NCBI RefSeq assembly: GCF_009834535.1
Contig: NC_045696.1
Coordinates: forward strand, 61,816,001-61,880,000
Direction of reading: 5' to 3'
Length of the DNA stretch: 64,000 bases
DNA from: Camelus ferus
Lineage: Eukaryota
Shown here piece by piece: positions 63,580 to 64,000 of this stretch. Position numbers and translations under genes: made by a program. Positions within the stretch are counted from its first letter, which is position 1. Every line of letters starts with the position of its first letter. The notes under the pieces are model-generated. The model was not told the DNA's origin. It worked only from the letters and a program-made list of their open reading frames with translations, and searched no databases.

Positions 63580-63965
63580 AGCCAGGGGACATCTGTTTAG
63601 TGCCCACCATCTATTCCCTTTCCAGGTAACAGCACACCGAATTCCTCCTGAGAACTGTACTTCTCACCCTCTACCACCAATTTTCAGCTATGCAGCTTGG
63701 GATCTGATCCTATCCCCAGACCCAGGTATCGACCCTCAATGGTTTAAGCCAAATAACATTTCTCATTCCATTGGCCACACTGATTGGTTCAGGGCTGGGC
63801 ATATGACAAGCTGGTCTGATCCAGGGAACTAGGAAAAGTACTGGTAAAGGTGGGTCATGGTCCTTCTCTTCTCTTCCAGGATGGGTGGGGTGAGGCTGCA
63901 AGGGTGGGAGGGATGTGTCATGGTGAGAACTGTGTGCTTTGCACCTTCCTGCGGCTGGTGAGCGG
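63580..63965 (+). mobile_element. Old MLT1K-like LTR remnant
   Basis: ccattggccacactgattggttcagggctgggcatatgac motif. Confidence 0.5.
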
Positions 63966-64000
63966 GTTTTACATAACACTCCACTCTAACATTCCAATCT

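Overview
Mammalian genomic DNA, most likely camelid (inferred from nine copies of a tRNA-derived SINE resembling camelid Vic-1). It is syntenic with the human SENP5-NCBP2-NCBP2AS2-PIGZ cluster. SENP5 (+) is complete: non-coding exon 1 in a CpG island plus 9 coding exons, 754 aa. NCBP2/CBP20 (-) is complete: 4 exons, 156 aa, with a GT-AG U12-type intron 2. The single-exon 99-aa microprotein gene NCBP2AS2 (+) lies head-to-head with NCBP2. The two coding exons of PIGZ (-) are present; its first exon is not identified in the window. The rest is introns and intergenic DNA rich in L1, L2, MIR, SINE, LTR and DNA-transposon remnants. Main observations: (1) PIGZ has a +1 frameshift upstream of its conserved HPDE motif, either a real loss-of-function allele or an assembly error. 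(2) A ~325-bp TSD-flanked element joins an L1 5' end directly to an L1 3' end at what looks like a splice junction. (3) The NCBP2 U12 intron is flanked by in-frame U2-type sites. (4) An out-of-frame uORF overlaps the SENP5 start. (5) A 216-bp pure-purine GAA/GGAGAA tract lies upstream of SENP5. I see no wholly new multi-gene system. Gene and repeat names come from recognition, not database searches, and repeat boundaries without TSDs are approximate.
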